In this document: piece by piece, positions 28,919 through 40,293 of the stretch
How the letters are laid out: every line of letters begins with the position of its first letter
How positions within the stretch are numbered: the first letter of the stretch is position 1
Assembly: GCA_963829245.1 (NCBI GenBank)
Contig: CAWHIM010000042.1
Coordinates: forward strand, 2,703 to 66,702
DNA length: 64,000 nt
From: an uncultured bacterium
GTDB lineage: Bacteria > Desulfobacterota > Deferrimicrobia > Deferrimicrobiales > Deferrimicrobiaceae
Reading direction: 5' to 3'
Position numbers and translations under genes: made by a program
Notes under the pieces: model-generated
What the model was told of the DNA's origin: nothing
Database searches by the model: none
What the model saw: only the letters and a program-made list of their open reading frames with translations

Positions 28919-29860
28919 CAGACCACCTCCGTCCTTCGTGCCATCCGAAGAATGAGGATCGCGACCGCGGCGAGCACCGGGAACATGAAGAGGGAGATCG
29001 CCGCCCCCTCCGCCAGGTTCCCGCCCTCGATCCCCCGGAAGAAGGTCCAGGTGGAGAGCACCTGGGTGGTGTTCACGGGCCCCCCCCGGGTCAGGACGTA
29101 GACGACGACCAGGTCGGTGAAGGTGAAGACGACCCCGAAGAGAAAGGCGATGCTCGTGATGGGAAGGGTGAGCGGGATCGTGATCTTCAGGGTCCGGCGC
29201 CACGGGGTGGCCCCGTCCACCTCGGCGGCCTCCAGGAGGTCCTTGGGGATGGAGCTCAATCCCGCCAGCTGGATCACCGTCGCCAGGGGCAGGATCCGCC
29301 AGACGTCGACGAGGATGACCGAGGAGATCGCCAGCCCGGGGACCCCCAGGTAGTAGAGGTTCGTCCCCGCTCCAAGGAGGGCGCCCGGGGCGCCGAGCAG
29401 TCCGACGTAGCGCAGGACCCAGTCGATGGGGCTGAAGATCGAGTCGAACATCCAGAGCCAGCCGATCACCCCGAGGGAGATCGGCGCGGTCCACGGGAGC
29501 ATGATGAGGAACCGGACGAGCCACTTCCCGCGGAACTGTCTTGAGCAGGGCGGTGGCGAGCAGCCGGGACAGAAGGACGACGATGCACTGGGAAATCAGC
29601 GTGAAGAAGACGGTGTTCCACAGGGAAAGCCGGAAGACGGGATCTCTCCAGCGCCGCGGCGAAGTTCCGCAGGCCGACGATATGGATGGAGGGGTCCCCG
29701 GTGGTGGCGTCGCTCAGGGAGTACAGGATCGCCAGGACGAAGGGGACGCCGATCATCGCCACGATGTAGAGGATCGCGGGGGCGATCATCAGCTTCGCGA
29801 GGGCGCCTTCCCGGTCCAGGATCCCCGCCGCGCGGCGCCGTCGGCCGCCGGGATCGAAAC
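28918..29860 (-). CDS. carbohydrate ABC transporter permease (MalF/UgpA-like), frameshifted, start approximate
   Basis: N-terminus ..LMIAPAILYIVAMIGVPF.. and C-terminal permease domain are in two frames. Confidence 0.6.
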
Positions 29861-29871
29861 CGGCGGCCCGC

Positions 29872-30906
29872 TCAAGACGGCCCCCCTTCCTTCTTGCAGA
29901 GCCCGCTCTTCTTGTCGAAGCGGCGCAGATCCCTCAAGGCCACCGCGAAGGGGTACGTCTTTCCCGCCTCCAGCGGCAGGGTGAGGGATCCCGGAAGGCG
30001 GGAGACGACGTGGCGGGCGTGGGACTTCTCCCCGACCGTGCCGTACACGAGCCGCTCGGCTCCAAGGTACTCGAGGTACGTCACCTCGAAGGGGTAGGTC
30101 ACGACCCCCTCCGACCCCTCGACGGCGTCGGCGGGAAGGAACGTCTCCGGGCGGAAGCCCAGGAGGGTGTCACCCTGGTCGAGGAGGTTCATCGGGGGGG
30201 ACCCGACGAAGGTCGCCACGAAGGTATCCGCGGGCCACAGGTAGATATCCATCGGCGTGCCGATCTGCCGGATCTTCCCCTGGCTCATCACCACGATCCG
30301 GTCTCCCAGCCCCATCGCCTCGACCTGGTCGTGGGTGACGTAGATGGTGGTGACCCCGACCCGCCGCTGGAACTGCCGAAGCTCCTCCCGTGCCGAGGTG
30401 CGCAGGAGGGCGTCAAGGTTGGACAGCGGCTCGTCGAGCAGGAAAACGCTGGGCTCCCGGACCATGGCGCGGGCCAGCGCCACGCGCTGCCGCTCCCCCC
30501 CGAGAGTTCGCGCGGCTTCCGGTCGAGCAGGCGCCCGATCTTGAACATTCCCGCCGCCCACTCGACCTTTTTCCGGACCGCCTCCTTTTCCACTCCCCGG
30601 GCGCGCAGCGGAAAGGCGATGTTCTTGTACACCGTCATGTGGGGATAGAGGGCGTAGCTCTGGAAGACCATGGCGATGTCCCGCATCCGGGGCGGCAGGT
30701 GCGTGACCACCCGACCGTCGATGACCATCTCCCCTTCGGTCGGCTCCTCGATCCCGGCGATCATCCGCAGGAGGGTGGTCTTCCCGCACCCCGAGGGGCC
30801 GAGGAGGACCAGGAACTCTCCCTCGTTGGTCGCGAGGTCGACGTGGTCGACCGCCCGCGATGTTCCCGAACAGTTTCGATATGCCACGGATTTCCACACA
30901 CCCCAT
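29872..30906 (-). CDS. ABC transporter ATP-binding protein (MalK/UgpC-like), multiple frameshifts
   Basis: Walker [10 protein letters not shown], signature [14 protein letters not shown], Walker [12 protein letters not shown]-terminal TOBE domain; N-terminus switches frame twice. Confidence 0.75.
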   Translation of the reverse strand: MGCVEIRGISKLFGNIAGGRPRRPRDQRGRVPGPPRPLGVREDHPPADDRRDRGADRRGDGHRRSGGHAPAAPDAGHRHGLPELRPLSPHDGVQEHRLSAARPGSGKGGGPEKGRVGGGNVQDRAPARPEAARTLGGERQRVALARAMVREPSVFLLDEPLSNLDALLRTSAREELRQFQRRVGVTTIYVTHDQVEAMGLGDRIVVMSQGKIRQIGTPMDIYLWPADTFVATFVGSPPMNLLDQGDTLLGFRPETFLPADAVEGSEGVVTYPFEVTYLEYLGAERLVYGTVGEKSHARHVVSRLPGSLTLPLEAGKTYPFAVALRDLRRFDKKSGLCKKEGGPS

Positions 30907-31004
30907 GGTCGCCGCTGCCTTCCGTGATTTATTGAAGTGTGCCCGGGAGGGCGGCGGGATCCCGCCGCCCTCCCGGGCCGAAGCGAACTAGTCTTTGCCC
31001 CCGA

Positions 31005-32411
31005 TCAGTTTCTTCTTGCGCCACTGGCGAAGATGGTCTTGGCCAGGAGCGTGGCCTGTTCCACCGCCTTCTCGGGCGTCATGCCGCGAGCGGCGTTGGC
31101 GAACATGTTGGGGAGGACGAAGGTCGCGAAGACCTCTCCCTCCGCCGGGTTCGCCGGGCCGGGGTATCCGAGGTTGGTGCTCCATTTCTCCGCGTCTTTC
31201 AGGAGGGCGAGCTTCCCCTTGTCCTCCCCGGGGAGGGCGAAGGGATCGTTCGAGAACCAGGCGTTGTGGAGGTCCCGCATCTTCTTCGCGCCCGAAACGG
31301 CGGGATAGCCCCGGTCCCCGGACGGGATGGGGGTGTCGAAGAAGGCGGGGGAGTTGTAGAGCTCGCTCGCGTACATCGCCTGGTCGTAGTTGCCGACCAG
31401 GTCGAGAAGGAACTTCTTCGCGTTGTCGACGTTCTTCGAGTACTTCGGGACGATGTAGCAGTAGATCACGTGCTCGCAGCTGTAACTGCGTGCCGCGGGG
31501 TCCCTTCAGGGCGGGGGTGAAGTAGATGTCCTTGGCGATCTCGGGGACCTGTTTCTGCGCGGAGCGGTACGCCGAGATGGAGTTGAGGATGTAGGTCGCC
31601 CGGCCGGCGATGAGCGCCTGGTTGTTGGAAACGGCGCTCCAGGCGAACACCTCGGGGGTCATCGCTTCCTTGAACAGCCGCGCCATGTATTCCGCGGCCT
31701 CCACCGAGTCTTGGGTTGTTCAGGACCACGTTCTCCTTCGCGTCCTGTACGCTGGAGTCGTACGACCACAGCAGCGCACGGCCCGCCATGTTCGAGTCGA
31801 GTTCCTGCGACAGGCCGATGCCGAGCTGGATCCCCTGGTCCTTCTTGATCTTCCCGCCGTACGTGACCAGGTCCTCCCACGTCTCGGGCCCGCCGCCTTT
31901 CCCTGCCTTCTCCCAGAGGCTCTTCCGGTAGTTGCCGGGGTCGATCGTCCACCCCGGGACGAAGGAGTAGAACTTCTTCGTGTTCGGGTTGTAGGAGCTC
32001 CTGCGGCACAGGGGGTGCTGCTTCCCGAACTTCTTCTCGGCCTCCTTGACGACGTCGGACAAGGTCGAGCACGCTCGGCTCGAACTGCGACGGCGGCGCG
32101 ATCCACTCGATCAGGTCGTGCCCCTGGCCCGCGGCGATTTCAGCGGCGGTCCGGGATGGGATCTCCGCGAGGCCGATGTGGTCCACCGTCACGGCGATAC
32201 CGTTGGTTTCGCCCCATTTCTTCGCGAAGTTGTCGTAGAAGTCCTTGTCGAACCGGGGAACGAAGTGCGACCAGACGAGGATCTTCAGCTCCTTCGAGGC
32301 GCCTCGGGCCTGCCTCGGGATGAAGATCGTCGGAGCGACCCCCATCGTTACCGCGCCGATCCCCGCCGCCTTGATGAAATCGCGACGGGTCAGTAAACTC
32401 CGTTTTGCCAT
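31005..32411 (-). CDS. extracellular solute-binding protein (family 1) with Tat-type signal, multiple frameshifts
   Basis: MAKRSLLTRRDFIKAAGIG signal, SBP_bac_1-like blocks spread over 4 ORF fragments. Confidence 0.6.
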
Positions 32412-32593
32412 TTTCCGCTCCCCCCTTCCCCGGTGCGCGGTGCCCGCGTCGCCGGATCGTCCGGTTGGATCCCTGAAAACACGCTCCATGCAGTGTTTCC
32501 CCGATCAAACGCCAGAAATATCGTTGGGATGCGTACGGCAGAGAAATATTTAATCACCGGAGCAATGGATGGTCAAGAACCCAATAAATTATA

Positions 32594-32603
32594 AAACCGG
32601 TTT
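32594..32603. promoter_or_regulatory. perfect palindrome AAACCGGTTT in an AT-rich tract upstream of the OsmC-like gene
   Basis: Self-complementary 10-mer flanked by ATA/TAT. Confidence 0.3.
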
Positions 32604-32653
32604 ATACTTGGGATGCCCCGGATGTTCAACGCGGGAAAGGAAAGGAGAGGCCG

Positions 32654-33124
32654 ATGGGAACGATCGTGCACACGTCGCGGATCTCGATCGTGCGGGAGAA
32701 GGGGCCCACCCGGATCGCGCGGATCGAGGGATTTCCGGAGCCCGTATATTACGGGGTCCACGGGGGGATCAAGAATTTCTACAAGGTCGAGCCCGAGAAG
32801 GAGCACGCGGCCACGCTCGACCACATCGTGGGCGCCGTCTCGGCCTGAATGATGGGAACACTGGCCACGGTGCTGGCCGGCAAAAAGATTCCGACCTTCG
32901 GCGATCGCTTTCGCGCGGACGTGGAAGGGGACATCGAGGACGTGGACGGGGTGCTGCGGATCACGCGGATCCGCGTGCGGTACACATTGAAAGCGCCTGC
33001 GGGGAAAACGGCGGACGCCCGCGAGGCGATGGAGACGTATATTACCCGATGCCCGGGGGCGATGAGCGTGCGCGGGTGCATCGCCATCGAGGACACGCTG
33101 GACGTCTCGGAACTCGCGGAATAG
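32654..33124 (+). CDS. OsmC/Ohr-family peroxiredoxin-like protein with in-frame UGA at the catalytic Cys position (candidate selenoprotein)
   Basis: Two adjacent ORFs separated only by TGA at 32846-32848. Joined, ..VGAVSA[U]MMGTLATVL.. aligns to the OsmC ..AHAACFSMALSLML.. motif and the second Cys TRCPG is present. A 5-bp hairpin with GGU-containing loop lies 14 nt downstream. Confidence 0.6.
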
Positions 33125-33132
33125 GGGCGGCG

Positions 33133-33646
33133 ATGCTTATCACGCACCAAGGGGATCACCCCCCGCCTTCATCCGTCCGTGTACGTCGCGGCGGGGGCGC
33201 GGATCATCGGGGACGTTGAGATCGGGCAGGATTCGAGCGTCTGGTTCAACACGGTGATCCGGGGGGATATCCTTCCGATCCGGATCGGAAGGCGAACCAA
33301 CATCCAGGATGGCTGCATCCTGCACACCAAGGACGGGTTCCCGCTCTCGGTGGGGGACGAGGTGACCTTCGGCCACGGCGTGGCGGCCCACGGCTGCGCG
33401 ATCGGGGATCTGTGTCTCCTCGGGATCGGCTGCGTCGTCCTCGACGGAGCGGTGATCGGGAAGGGGAGCGTGATCGGCTCCGGCGCCGTGATCCCGCCTG
33501 ATACGATCATCCCGCCGCACTCGCTCGTGATGGGCGTGCCGGGAAAGGTGGTGAAGGATCTCGGGGCGGGATCCGCGGAGAAGAACCGGGTGTTTTCCGA
33601 CAGCTACGTCAGGTACGCGCTCTCGTATCTCGAGAGGGGGGAGTGA
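33133..33646 (+). CDS. gamma-carbonic-anhydrase / hexapeptide-repeat (PaaY/CaiE-like) protein, frameshift in C-run
   Basis: Left-handed beta-helix repeats, His ligands; the N-terminal 10 codons are in another frame across the homopolymer at 33158-33163. Confidence 0.7.
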
Positions 33647-34068
33647 TGGACAGGGTGCAGGAGATCTTCCAGGGGGACCGGCTGATCCAGGACTTCGGGA
33701 TGAAACTGCTCGAGGGGCGCGAAGGGTACGCGAAGGTGTCCGTGGTCGTCGAGGACCGGTTCCTGAACGCACACTCGATCGGCCACGGCGTGCTGCTGTT
33801 CGCCGTCGCGGACGCCGCCTTCGCCCTTTCGGTCAACGCGGTCGTCGACGCGGTCGGCGTGCAGTGGAGCCTGAACGTCTTCCGGGCGGCGAAGCCCGGC
33901 GAGACGGTGATCGGCGAATCCCGCATCATCCACAAGGGGCGGCAGTCGATGGTATGCGAGCTCACCGTGACCGCCGGCGACGGCCGGGTGCTGGCGAAGG
34001 GGCAGTCCACCGCGCTGCCGGTATCGCGCGAGGCGTTCGCCGCCGGCAGCGGGAAGAAGGGCGGATGA
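33643..34068 (+). CDS. PaaI-family hotdog-fold thioesterase
   Basis: 141 aa, HGG-like motif ..HSIGHGVL..; ATGA overlap with the upstream gene. Confidence 0.7.
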   Translation: MMDRVQEIFQGDRLIQDFGMKLLEGREGYAKVSVVVEDRFLNAHSIGHGVLLFAVADAAFALSVNAVVDAVGVQWSLNVFRAAKPGETVIGESRIIHKGRQSMVCELTVTAGDGRVLAKGQSTALPVSREAFAAGSGKKGG

Positions 34069-34107
34069 TCACGCCCCCGGCGCCGGTGGTTTCCGCCATG
34101 CTCCTCC

Positions 34108-35694
34108 TCAATGCACCGAAATCGGGGCCGTCTGGTGCGCCGGCCGGCGGATCAGGAACAGGAGCGGCAGGACGCACGCCATCATCACCGACAGGACGTA
34201 GAAGGCGTCGTTGAATCCCATCATCGTCGCCTGCCGGATCAGCTCCCCGTAGATCCTCCCGAGCGTGACGTTCCCCGCCATCGCCTCGGGCACGCCGCGG
34301 GACGGCAGCAGCGCCTGCCCCTTCGCGATGGCGGCTCGCAGCCCCTCGTCCATGGAGGTCAGGTGCTCCACCATGCGGCTCTGGTGGACCTGCGCGCGGT
34401 GGGCGAACATGGTGGCGGAGAAGGAAACGCCGATCGATCCGCCGAGATTCCGCAGCAGGTTGTAGATGGAGGTCGCGTTTCCCATCTGAGGCTTCGGGAT
34501 CGAGGAGAGGGTGAGCGTCGTCAAGGGGATGAAAAGGAGCCCCATCCCGATCCCGAGGTAGATCCGGGGCCAGAGCAGGGCGTTGAAGTCGGCGGTCAGG
34601 GAGAAGTTCGACATCGTCCAGGTGGCGAGGGCGCACACCGCGATTCCGAGGAAGAGCGGGTACTTCGGGTTGTGCCGCCCGATGAACCTCCCCACCAGCG
34701 GCATCACGACGAGCGTGGCGATCCCGCCGGGGGAAAGGACGAGCCCCGCGAGCGTCGCCGTGTACCCGAGAAGAAGCTGGGCGTAGAGGGGGAGCAGGAC
34801 GATGCTTCCGAGCAGGTTGAAGAAGGCGACGAACATCACGATGTTTCCGGTGGTGAACGAGATGTTTTTAAACGCCCGCAGGTCGACGACCGGGTATTCC
34901 GCGACGAACAACTCCACGATCACGAAGAGGAGAAGGGCGAGCGCCGCGACGGCCGACAGGACGAGGATGAAGTCGGAGTGGAACCAGTCTTCCCGCTGCC
35001 CCTTGTCCACCACGATCTGGAGCGCTCCGACCCAGACGGTGAGAAGGGCGATCCCCCAGACGTCCACTTTCACCCCGCCCTGCCGTTTCATGTACGGCGG
35101 GTCGTGGATGAACATCGAGACCATGAAGACGGCGAACAGCCCGATCGGGATGTTGACGTAGAAGATCCACCGCCACGAGAGGGTGTCCGTGATGTACCCG
35201 CCCATCAGGGGGCCGGCGATGGGGCCGAACATGGCGCCGATGCCGAAGATGGCCATCGCCATCCCGTGCTCCTTCGGCGGGAACGTCTCGAGCAGGATCG
35301 CCTGGGAGAGCGGCTGGAGAGCCCCGCCCCCGATTCCCTGCAGGACGCGGAAGAAGACGAGCATCCCGAGGCTCGTGGAGGAGCCGCACAGCAGGGAGGC
35401 GAAGGTGAACAGGAGGACGGAGAAGGTGAGATACCGCTTTCGCCCGAAGGTGCGGGCGAGCCACCCCGTCATCGGGATGACGACCGCGTTGGAGACGAGG
35501 TAGGACGTAAGCACCCACGCCGACTCGTCGATCCCGGACGAAAGGGACCCGCGGATGTGGTCGAGGGCGACGTTCGCGACGCTCGTGTCGATGATCTCGA
35601 TCAGCGTCGGCAGCATCACCGTGATCGCGACGATCCACTTGCTCGCGCCGATCGCGCCGACCGCGTTCCCGAACCGCCCCCCCGCCCCGTTCAT
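34108..35694 (-). CDS. MFS multidrug efflux transporter, DHA2 (EmrB/QacA) family, 14 TM
   Basis: 528 aa intact; MFS motif A G(R)xxDRxGRK-like, 14 predicted helices. Confidence 0.85.
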   Translation of the reverse strand: MNGAGGRFGNAVGAIGASKWIVAITVMLPTLIEIIDTSVANVALDHIRGSLSSGIDESAWVLTSYLVSNAVVIPMTGWLARTFGRKRYLTFSVLLFTFASLLCGSSTSLGMLVFFRVLQGIGGGALQPLSQAILLETFPPKEHGMAMAIFGIGAMFGPIAGPLMGGYITDTLSWRWIFYVNIPIGLFAVFMVSMFIHDPPYMKRQGGVKVDVWGIALLTVWVGALQIVVDKGQREDWFHSDFILVLSAVAALALLLFVIVELFVAEYPVVDLRAFKNISFTTGNIVMFVAFFNLLGSIVLLPLYAQLLLGYTATLAGLVLSPGGIATLVVMPLVGRFIGRHNPKYPLFLGIAVCALATWTMSNFSLTADFNALLWPRIYLGIGMGLLFIPLTTLTLSSIPKPQMGNATSIYNLLRNLGGSIGVSFSATMFAHRAQVHQSRMVEHLTSMDEGLRAAIAKGQALLPSRGVPEAMAGNVTLGRIYGELIRQATMMGFNDAFYVLSVMMACVLPLLFLIRRPAHQTAPISVH

Positions 35695-35704
35695 CGGGCG
35701 TCCG

Positions 35705-36900
35705 TCAGCGGACGAGGATCGTGGGGACGACGGACATTCCGATCCGCAGGATGTGGCCCGGATCCTCGCCAGGGGAAAGGAGGATCTTCACCGGGACGCG
35801 CTGCACGACCTTCACGTAGTTCCCCGAGGCGTTCTCCGGCGGAAAGAGGGCGAAGGCGGAGCCGGTCCCCGCCATGATGCTGTCGACCGTTCCCTTGAAT
35901 TTCTTTCCCTTGAACGTGTCCACGCGGATCTCCACTTCCTGCCCCGGGCGGATCCGCTCGATGTCCGTTTCCTTGAAGTTCGCCAGCACCCACACGTTGT
36001 CCAGCGCCGCGATGGCCAGGAGCGACTGGCCGGGGGAGACGACCTGGCCCGCCTCGACGCTTTTTCTGGTGACGTACCCGTCCACGGGGGAGAGGACCGT
36101 GGTGTAGCGGTGGAGCAGCTTCGCCTCCGCCAGGGCGGACTCCCGCTGCTGAACCTGCGCCTCCATCTGCCGGATGCGGGCTTCGCGCTGGGTCGCCACG
36201 GATTGCCGCTGGGAGATGACCGCCCCCTTCTGCGCGATGATCGCCTCCTGCGTCGGAAGAGCCGCCTCCGCGAGCCGCAGTTCCTCCTTCGCCACGTCGT
36301 CCTGCGCCTTCGCGACCTCCGCGTCGGTCTGGGACTTCTCGAACGCCTCCCGGCTGATCACCTGCCGCTCGAAGAGCTGCTTCATCCGCGCGGCGTCCCG
36401 GGACGCCTGGGACCTCCGTGCCGCGGCGAGGGAGGTCCTGGCGCGCGCCGCCTCGATGCCGGCCGAAAGCTGCGCGAGCTGCGCCTTCGCCCCTTCCAGG
36501 TCCTTGATCGCGGCCGTTACGTCCGACCGCGCGGCGACGAGGTCGGCCCGGGCGGCGGCCACATCCCCCGCTCCGGCGGCGACGGCGGAAGCGGCCCCGG
36601 ACTCCCGCACGGCGAACGGCTCCGGGTCGATCCGGAGGAGGGGATCCCCCGCCCTGACGGGCTGGTTGTCCCGGACCCGCACCTCGACCACCTTCCCCTG
36701 GATGCGCGCGGAGACCAGGTGGATCCTCCCGTCGATATAGGCGTCGTCGGTGCTCACGTGGGTCTGCCGGTACCGCCAGTACGCGAACCCGGCGATCACC
36801 GTCGCGGCGAGGACGAGGAGAAACAGGCCGATCGCTTTCCGTTTCCGGCCGTTCCCGGGCGCCGGGCTGTCCACCGGGGGTGTCGAGGGTGCGTCGGCCA
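35705..36900 (-). CDS. HlyD/EmrA-family membrane fusion protein
   Basis: N-terminal TM anchor, long coiled-coil (Ala/Gln/Arg-rich), C-terminal beta-barrel ..GQEVEIRVDTFKGKKFKGTVDSI.. Confidence 0.8.
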
Positions 36901-36912
36901 TCTTCTCCCCCC

Positions 36913-38193
36913 TCAGCGGCCCATCGCCCGCAGGAGCGAGGCGTGGGACACGGCGAAGTCGAACGCCGTATTGATGGTATCGGTTTCGGAGCGGACCATC
37001 TGCGCCTGCGCGTCGGTCATCTCGATGATGTCCCCCGCGCCGACCTCGTACCGGGCCGTGGCGAGGCGGAGATTCTCCTCGGAGGCATCCCGCTGCTTCT
37101 TCCGCGCCGAAAGCCGCTCCTGCGCTTCCTGGACGCCGTACGCGGACACCTCCACCTCGAGCCGGACGCGGCGCTTCGCCTCGATGAACTCGTACTGGGT
37201 GGAGGAAATCGTGGCCAACGCCTCCTTGGCCTGCTCCCGGGTCAGGAACCCCGAGAAGAGCGGGTAGTTCAGCGTGACGGAGAGCCCGTAGTTCTGCTGG
37301 AGGGGGACCTCCTCCGCTCCGTAGCCGTACCCGGCGGTTCCCACGAGGAACGGGAGGTACCCCGCCCTCGCGAGCCGGAGCGACTCGGTCGCGGCCCGCT
37401 CCTTCTCGACCAGCGCGCGAAGTTCCGGCCGGTTCCGCTCCGCCTCGGCGACCCAGTCCTGGAGGGTGCCGGGAAGCGAATTCTCGGGAAGAGCGCCGGC
37501 GAGCTGGAACCCCGCGGGGCCGTCGACACCGATCCGCTGCAGCAGCGTGATCCGCGCGACCCGGAGTCCGTTCTCCGCCTGGCTCAGCTGGGCGCGCGCG
37601 TCGTACAGGTTCGCCTCGGCCCTGACCACGTCGATCTTCGCCCGGACGCCGGCCTCGTAGAAGGCGGACGCCTGCCTGTAGAGCGATTCCTGCTGCCGGA
37701 GGTTCTCCCTCTGGAACTCCAGCGTCTTTTCCGCCCGCAGGACGTTGTAGAAGGCGACCGTCGCCACGAAGACCACGTCCTCCCGCGTCGTGGCGGCGTT
37801 CTCGCGACTGATCGCGGCGTTCGCGTCGGCGCGGTCGACCGAGGCGCCGGTCCGCCCGAAGTCGTACAGCATCCAGTTGAGGTCTCCCCGGGCGAACTCG
37901 TTCGGCGTGGTGACGTTCTGGTTCGACGTGGTGCTTAAGGTCCGCTCGCGGGCGTAGCCGGTGGACAGATTGACCGATGGATACCAGGCCGACCGTGCCT
38001 GCCCCTTTCTCGCCACCGCCGCGGCGACGTCCGCCTCGGACTGCCGGATCAGCGGGTGGTTCTTGAGGGCCATCGACGTCACGTCTGCGAGCGACCACGT
38101 CGCGCTCCCTGCGAGGGAGGGCGCGGGCGGGACGGCCGCGTTGTCGGTCGCGCCGGCGGAGGCCCCGATCACGACCAGGGCGAACAGCGGCAC
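36913..38193 (-). CDS. TolC-family outer-membrane efflux protein
   Basis: Signal peptide plus two tandem OEP repeats; forms an OMF-MFP-MFS operon with the two downstream genes. Confidence 0.8.
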   Translation of the reverse strand: MPLFALVVIGASAGATDNAAVPPAPSLAGSATWSLADVTSMALKNHPLIRQSEADVAAAVARKGQARSAWYPSVNLSTGYARERTLSTTSNQNVTTPNEFARGDLNWMLYDFGRTGASVDRADANAAISRENAATTREDVVFVATVAFYNVLRAEKTLEFQRENLRQQESLYRQASAFYEAGVRAKIDVVRAEANLYDARAQLSQAENGLRVARITLLQRIGVDGPAGFQLAGALPENSLPGTLQDWVAEAERNRPELRALVEKERAATESLRLARAGYLPFLVGTAGYGYGAEEVPLQQNYGLSVTLNYPLFSGFLTREQAKEALATISSTQYEFIEAKRRVRLEVEVSAYGVQEAQERLSARKKQRDASEENLRLATARYEVGAGDIIEMTDAQAQMVRSETDTINTAFDFAVSHASLLRAMGR

Positions 38194-38427
38194 GGCGAAT
38201 CCGAATCAAGGCGCGTGGGATCACGGCGTCCTCCCGGGAAATGATGCCGAGTGGGCACTCCGTCGGCATCGCCCCATCGTAGGGGGACCGCCGCGCCGCT
38301 GTCAAGGGTCGGAACGTTTCGCTCAATTCGCATCACGCGCAATTCACATCCTTGATATCGCGACGCATCATTCCATAAGATGATACGATATTCACTTTAT
38401 AGACATATTGTTCATGTTCGGAGGCCG

Positions 38428-39054
38428 GCGATGGAAGACAGGGGGCTCCCCAGGCGCGAAAGGGAGAAGCTGACGCAACGGAAGGAGATGCTGTCCGCCG
38501 CGCTCGATCTGTTTTCGGAGAAGGGTTACCACAGCGTTTCCATGCAGGAGATCGCGGAGAAGGCCGAGTTCGCCGTGGGAACGCTTTACAAGTTCTTCAG
38601 GAGCAAGGAGGACCTCTACAAGGCTCTTCTCATGGAGATGGCCGAGATGTTCCATGATGCGCTCACGACCGCGATCGAGGAGCCCGATCTGGAGATCGGA
38701 AAACTGCGCAATTACGTCAAGGTCAAGGGCGAGCTTTTCCGTTCCAATGTGCCCGTGATCCGTCTCTACTATGCCGAGACCGAGGGAGCGAGCTTCGATA
38801 TCAAGGCAGGACTTGATTCCAGGATCCGGGAACGATATGGGAATTTCCTGAAAAAGCTTGCCTCCGTCTTTGAGAGCGGGATGAAAAGGAAACGGTTCCG
38901 GAGGATCGCCGACCCGTATTCCCTGGCCGTTGCCCTCGGCAGCATCACCAGCGCCTTTCTTCTTTTGTGGCTTGAAGATCCCGAACGTCATCCGTACCCG
39001 GAAGACCCGGACGCAATATTGAACATTCTCTTCAAAGGGCTGGTGGATCCGTAA
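38428..39054 (+). CDS. TetR/AcrR-family transcriptional regulator
   Basis: N-terminal HTH ..MLSAALDLFSEKGYHSVSMQEIAEKAEFAVGTLYKFF.. Confidence 0.8.
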   Translation, partial: AMEDRGLPRREREKLTQRKEMLSAALDLFSEKGYHSVSMQEIAEKAEFAVGTLYKFFRSKEDLYKALLMEMAEMFHDALTTAIEEPDLEIGKLRNYVKVKGELFRSNVPVIRLYYAETEGASFDIKAGLDSRIRERYGNFLKKLASVFESGMKRKRFRRIADPYSLAVALGSITSAFLLLWLEDPERHPYPEDPDAILNILFKGLVDP

Positions 39055-39077
39055 CCTGGACAATTCGGAGGCTTCGA

Positions 39078-40285
39078 ATGAAACGGAAGGGAATCTGTAA
39101 AGGGCCACTGGAATTCCTCGCGGTAGCAATGGTTCTGTCGGTCGGTCTTTCGACAGGCGGCTGCGGCGGCCGGGAAAAATCCCCGCCGCCTCCCCCCGTC
39201 CCGGAAGTGGCTGCGGTGACGATCCGGCCGCAGCAGGTCGTGCTGACCACCGAATTGCCGGGGCGCACGTCCGCTTACCTCGTCGCGGAAATCCGGCCGC
39301 AGGTCAACGGCATCATCCAGAAGCGGCTGTTCACTGAAGGGGCCGACGTCAAGGCCGGCCAAGTGCTCTACCAGATCGATCCGGCCCCCTTCCAGGCGGC
39401 GCTCGCCAATGCCAAGGCCGCCCTTTCCAGGGCGGAGGCCAATCTGCCGGCGGTCCGGTCGAGGGTCGAACGGTACAAGGACCTGCTTCCCGACAAGGCG
39501 GTCAGCCAGCAGGACTACGACGATGCCGCGGCCGCATTGAAGCAGGCCGAGGCCGATGTAGAGGTCGACAAGGCGGTCGTCGAGACGGCCCGCATCAATC
39601 TGGGCTACACCAAGATCACCGCGCCCATTTCCGGCCGCATCGGCAGATCCAGCGTGACGGAGGGCGCCATCGTGACGGCGTATCAGCCCGTGCCCCTGGC
39701 CACCATTCAGCAACTGGATCCCGATCTACGTGGACGTGCCCCAATCCACCGCCGAACTGCTGCGATTGAAGCGCAGCCTGGCAGACGGCCGCCTCGACGG
39801 AACGGAACGAACCAGAAGAAGGTCAAGCTCATCCTGGAAGACGGCACGGCGTATCCGCAGGAAGGGACGCTCCAGTTCCGCGACGTCACGGTGGACCCGA
39901 CGACCGGCGTCGGTCATCCTGCGGATCGTCGTTTCCGAATCCCAAGGGCGTTCTCCTGCCGGGCATGTTCGTCCGGGCGGTGGTGAAGGAAGGCGTCAAC
40001 GAGCAGGCCATCCTGATTCCCCAGCAGGCCGTGTCGCGCGATCCGAAGGGGAATCCGTTCGCCCTGGTCGTGGACGCCGGCGGAAAGGTGCAGCCGCGGA
40101 TGCTCACGCTCGATCGAGCCATCGGCGACAAATGGCTCGTCTCGTCGGGCCTTGCCGCCGGCGATCGGGTGATCGTCGAGGGACTGCAGAAAGTGCGCCC
40201 CGGCGCTGTCCGTGAAGGCCGTTCCGTTTCGAAGCCGCGGCGAAACCTGGCCGCAGACGACGCCCTGAACGCGCAGGCGCGATAG
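39078..40285 (+). CDS. RND efflux membrane fusion protein (AcrA/MexA-like lipoprotein), multiple frameshifts
   Basis: Lipobox LSTGGC, coiled-coil and beta-barrel blocks spread over >=3 frames. Confidence 0.65.
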
Positions 40286-40293
40286 AGATCGCG

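Noticed and set aside
35555-38326. Very long ORFs antisense or out of frame across emrA/tolC (35555-37267 +, 35705-38326 - upper part)
   Set aside because: GC-rich frame artefacts. The minus-strand 873-aa ORF is really two genes (EmrA 35705-36900, TolC-like 36913-38193) separated by an in-frame stop-free spacer
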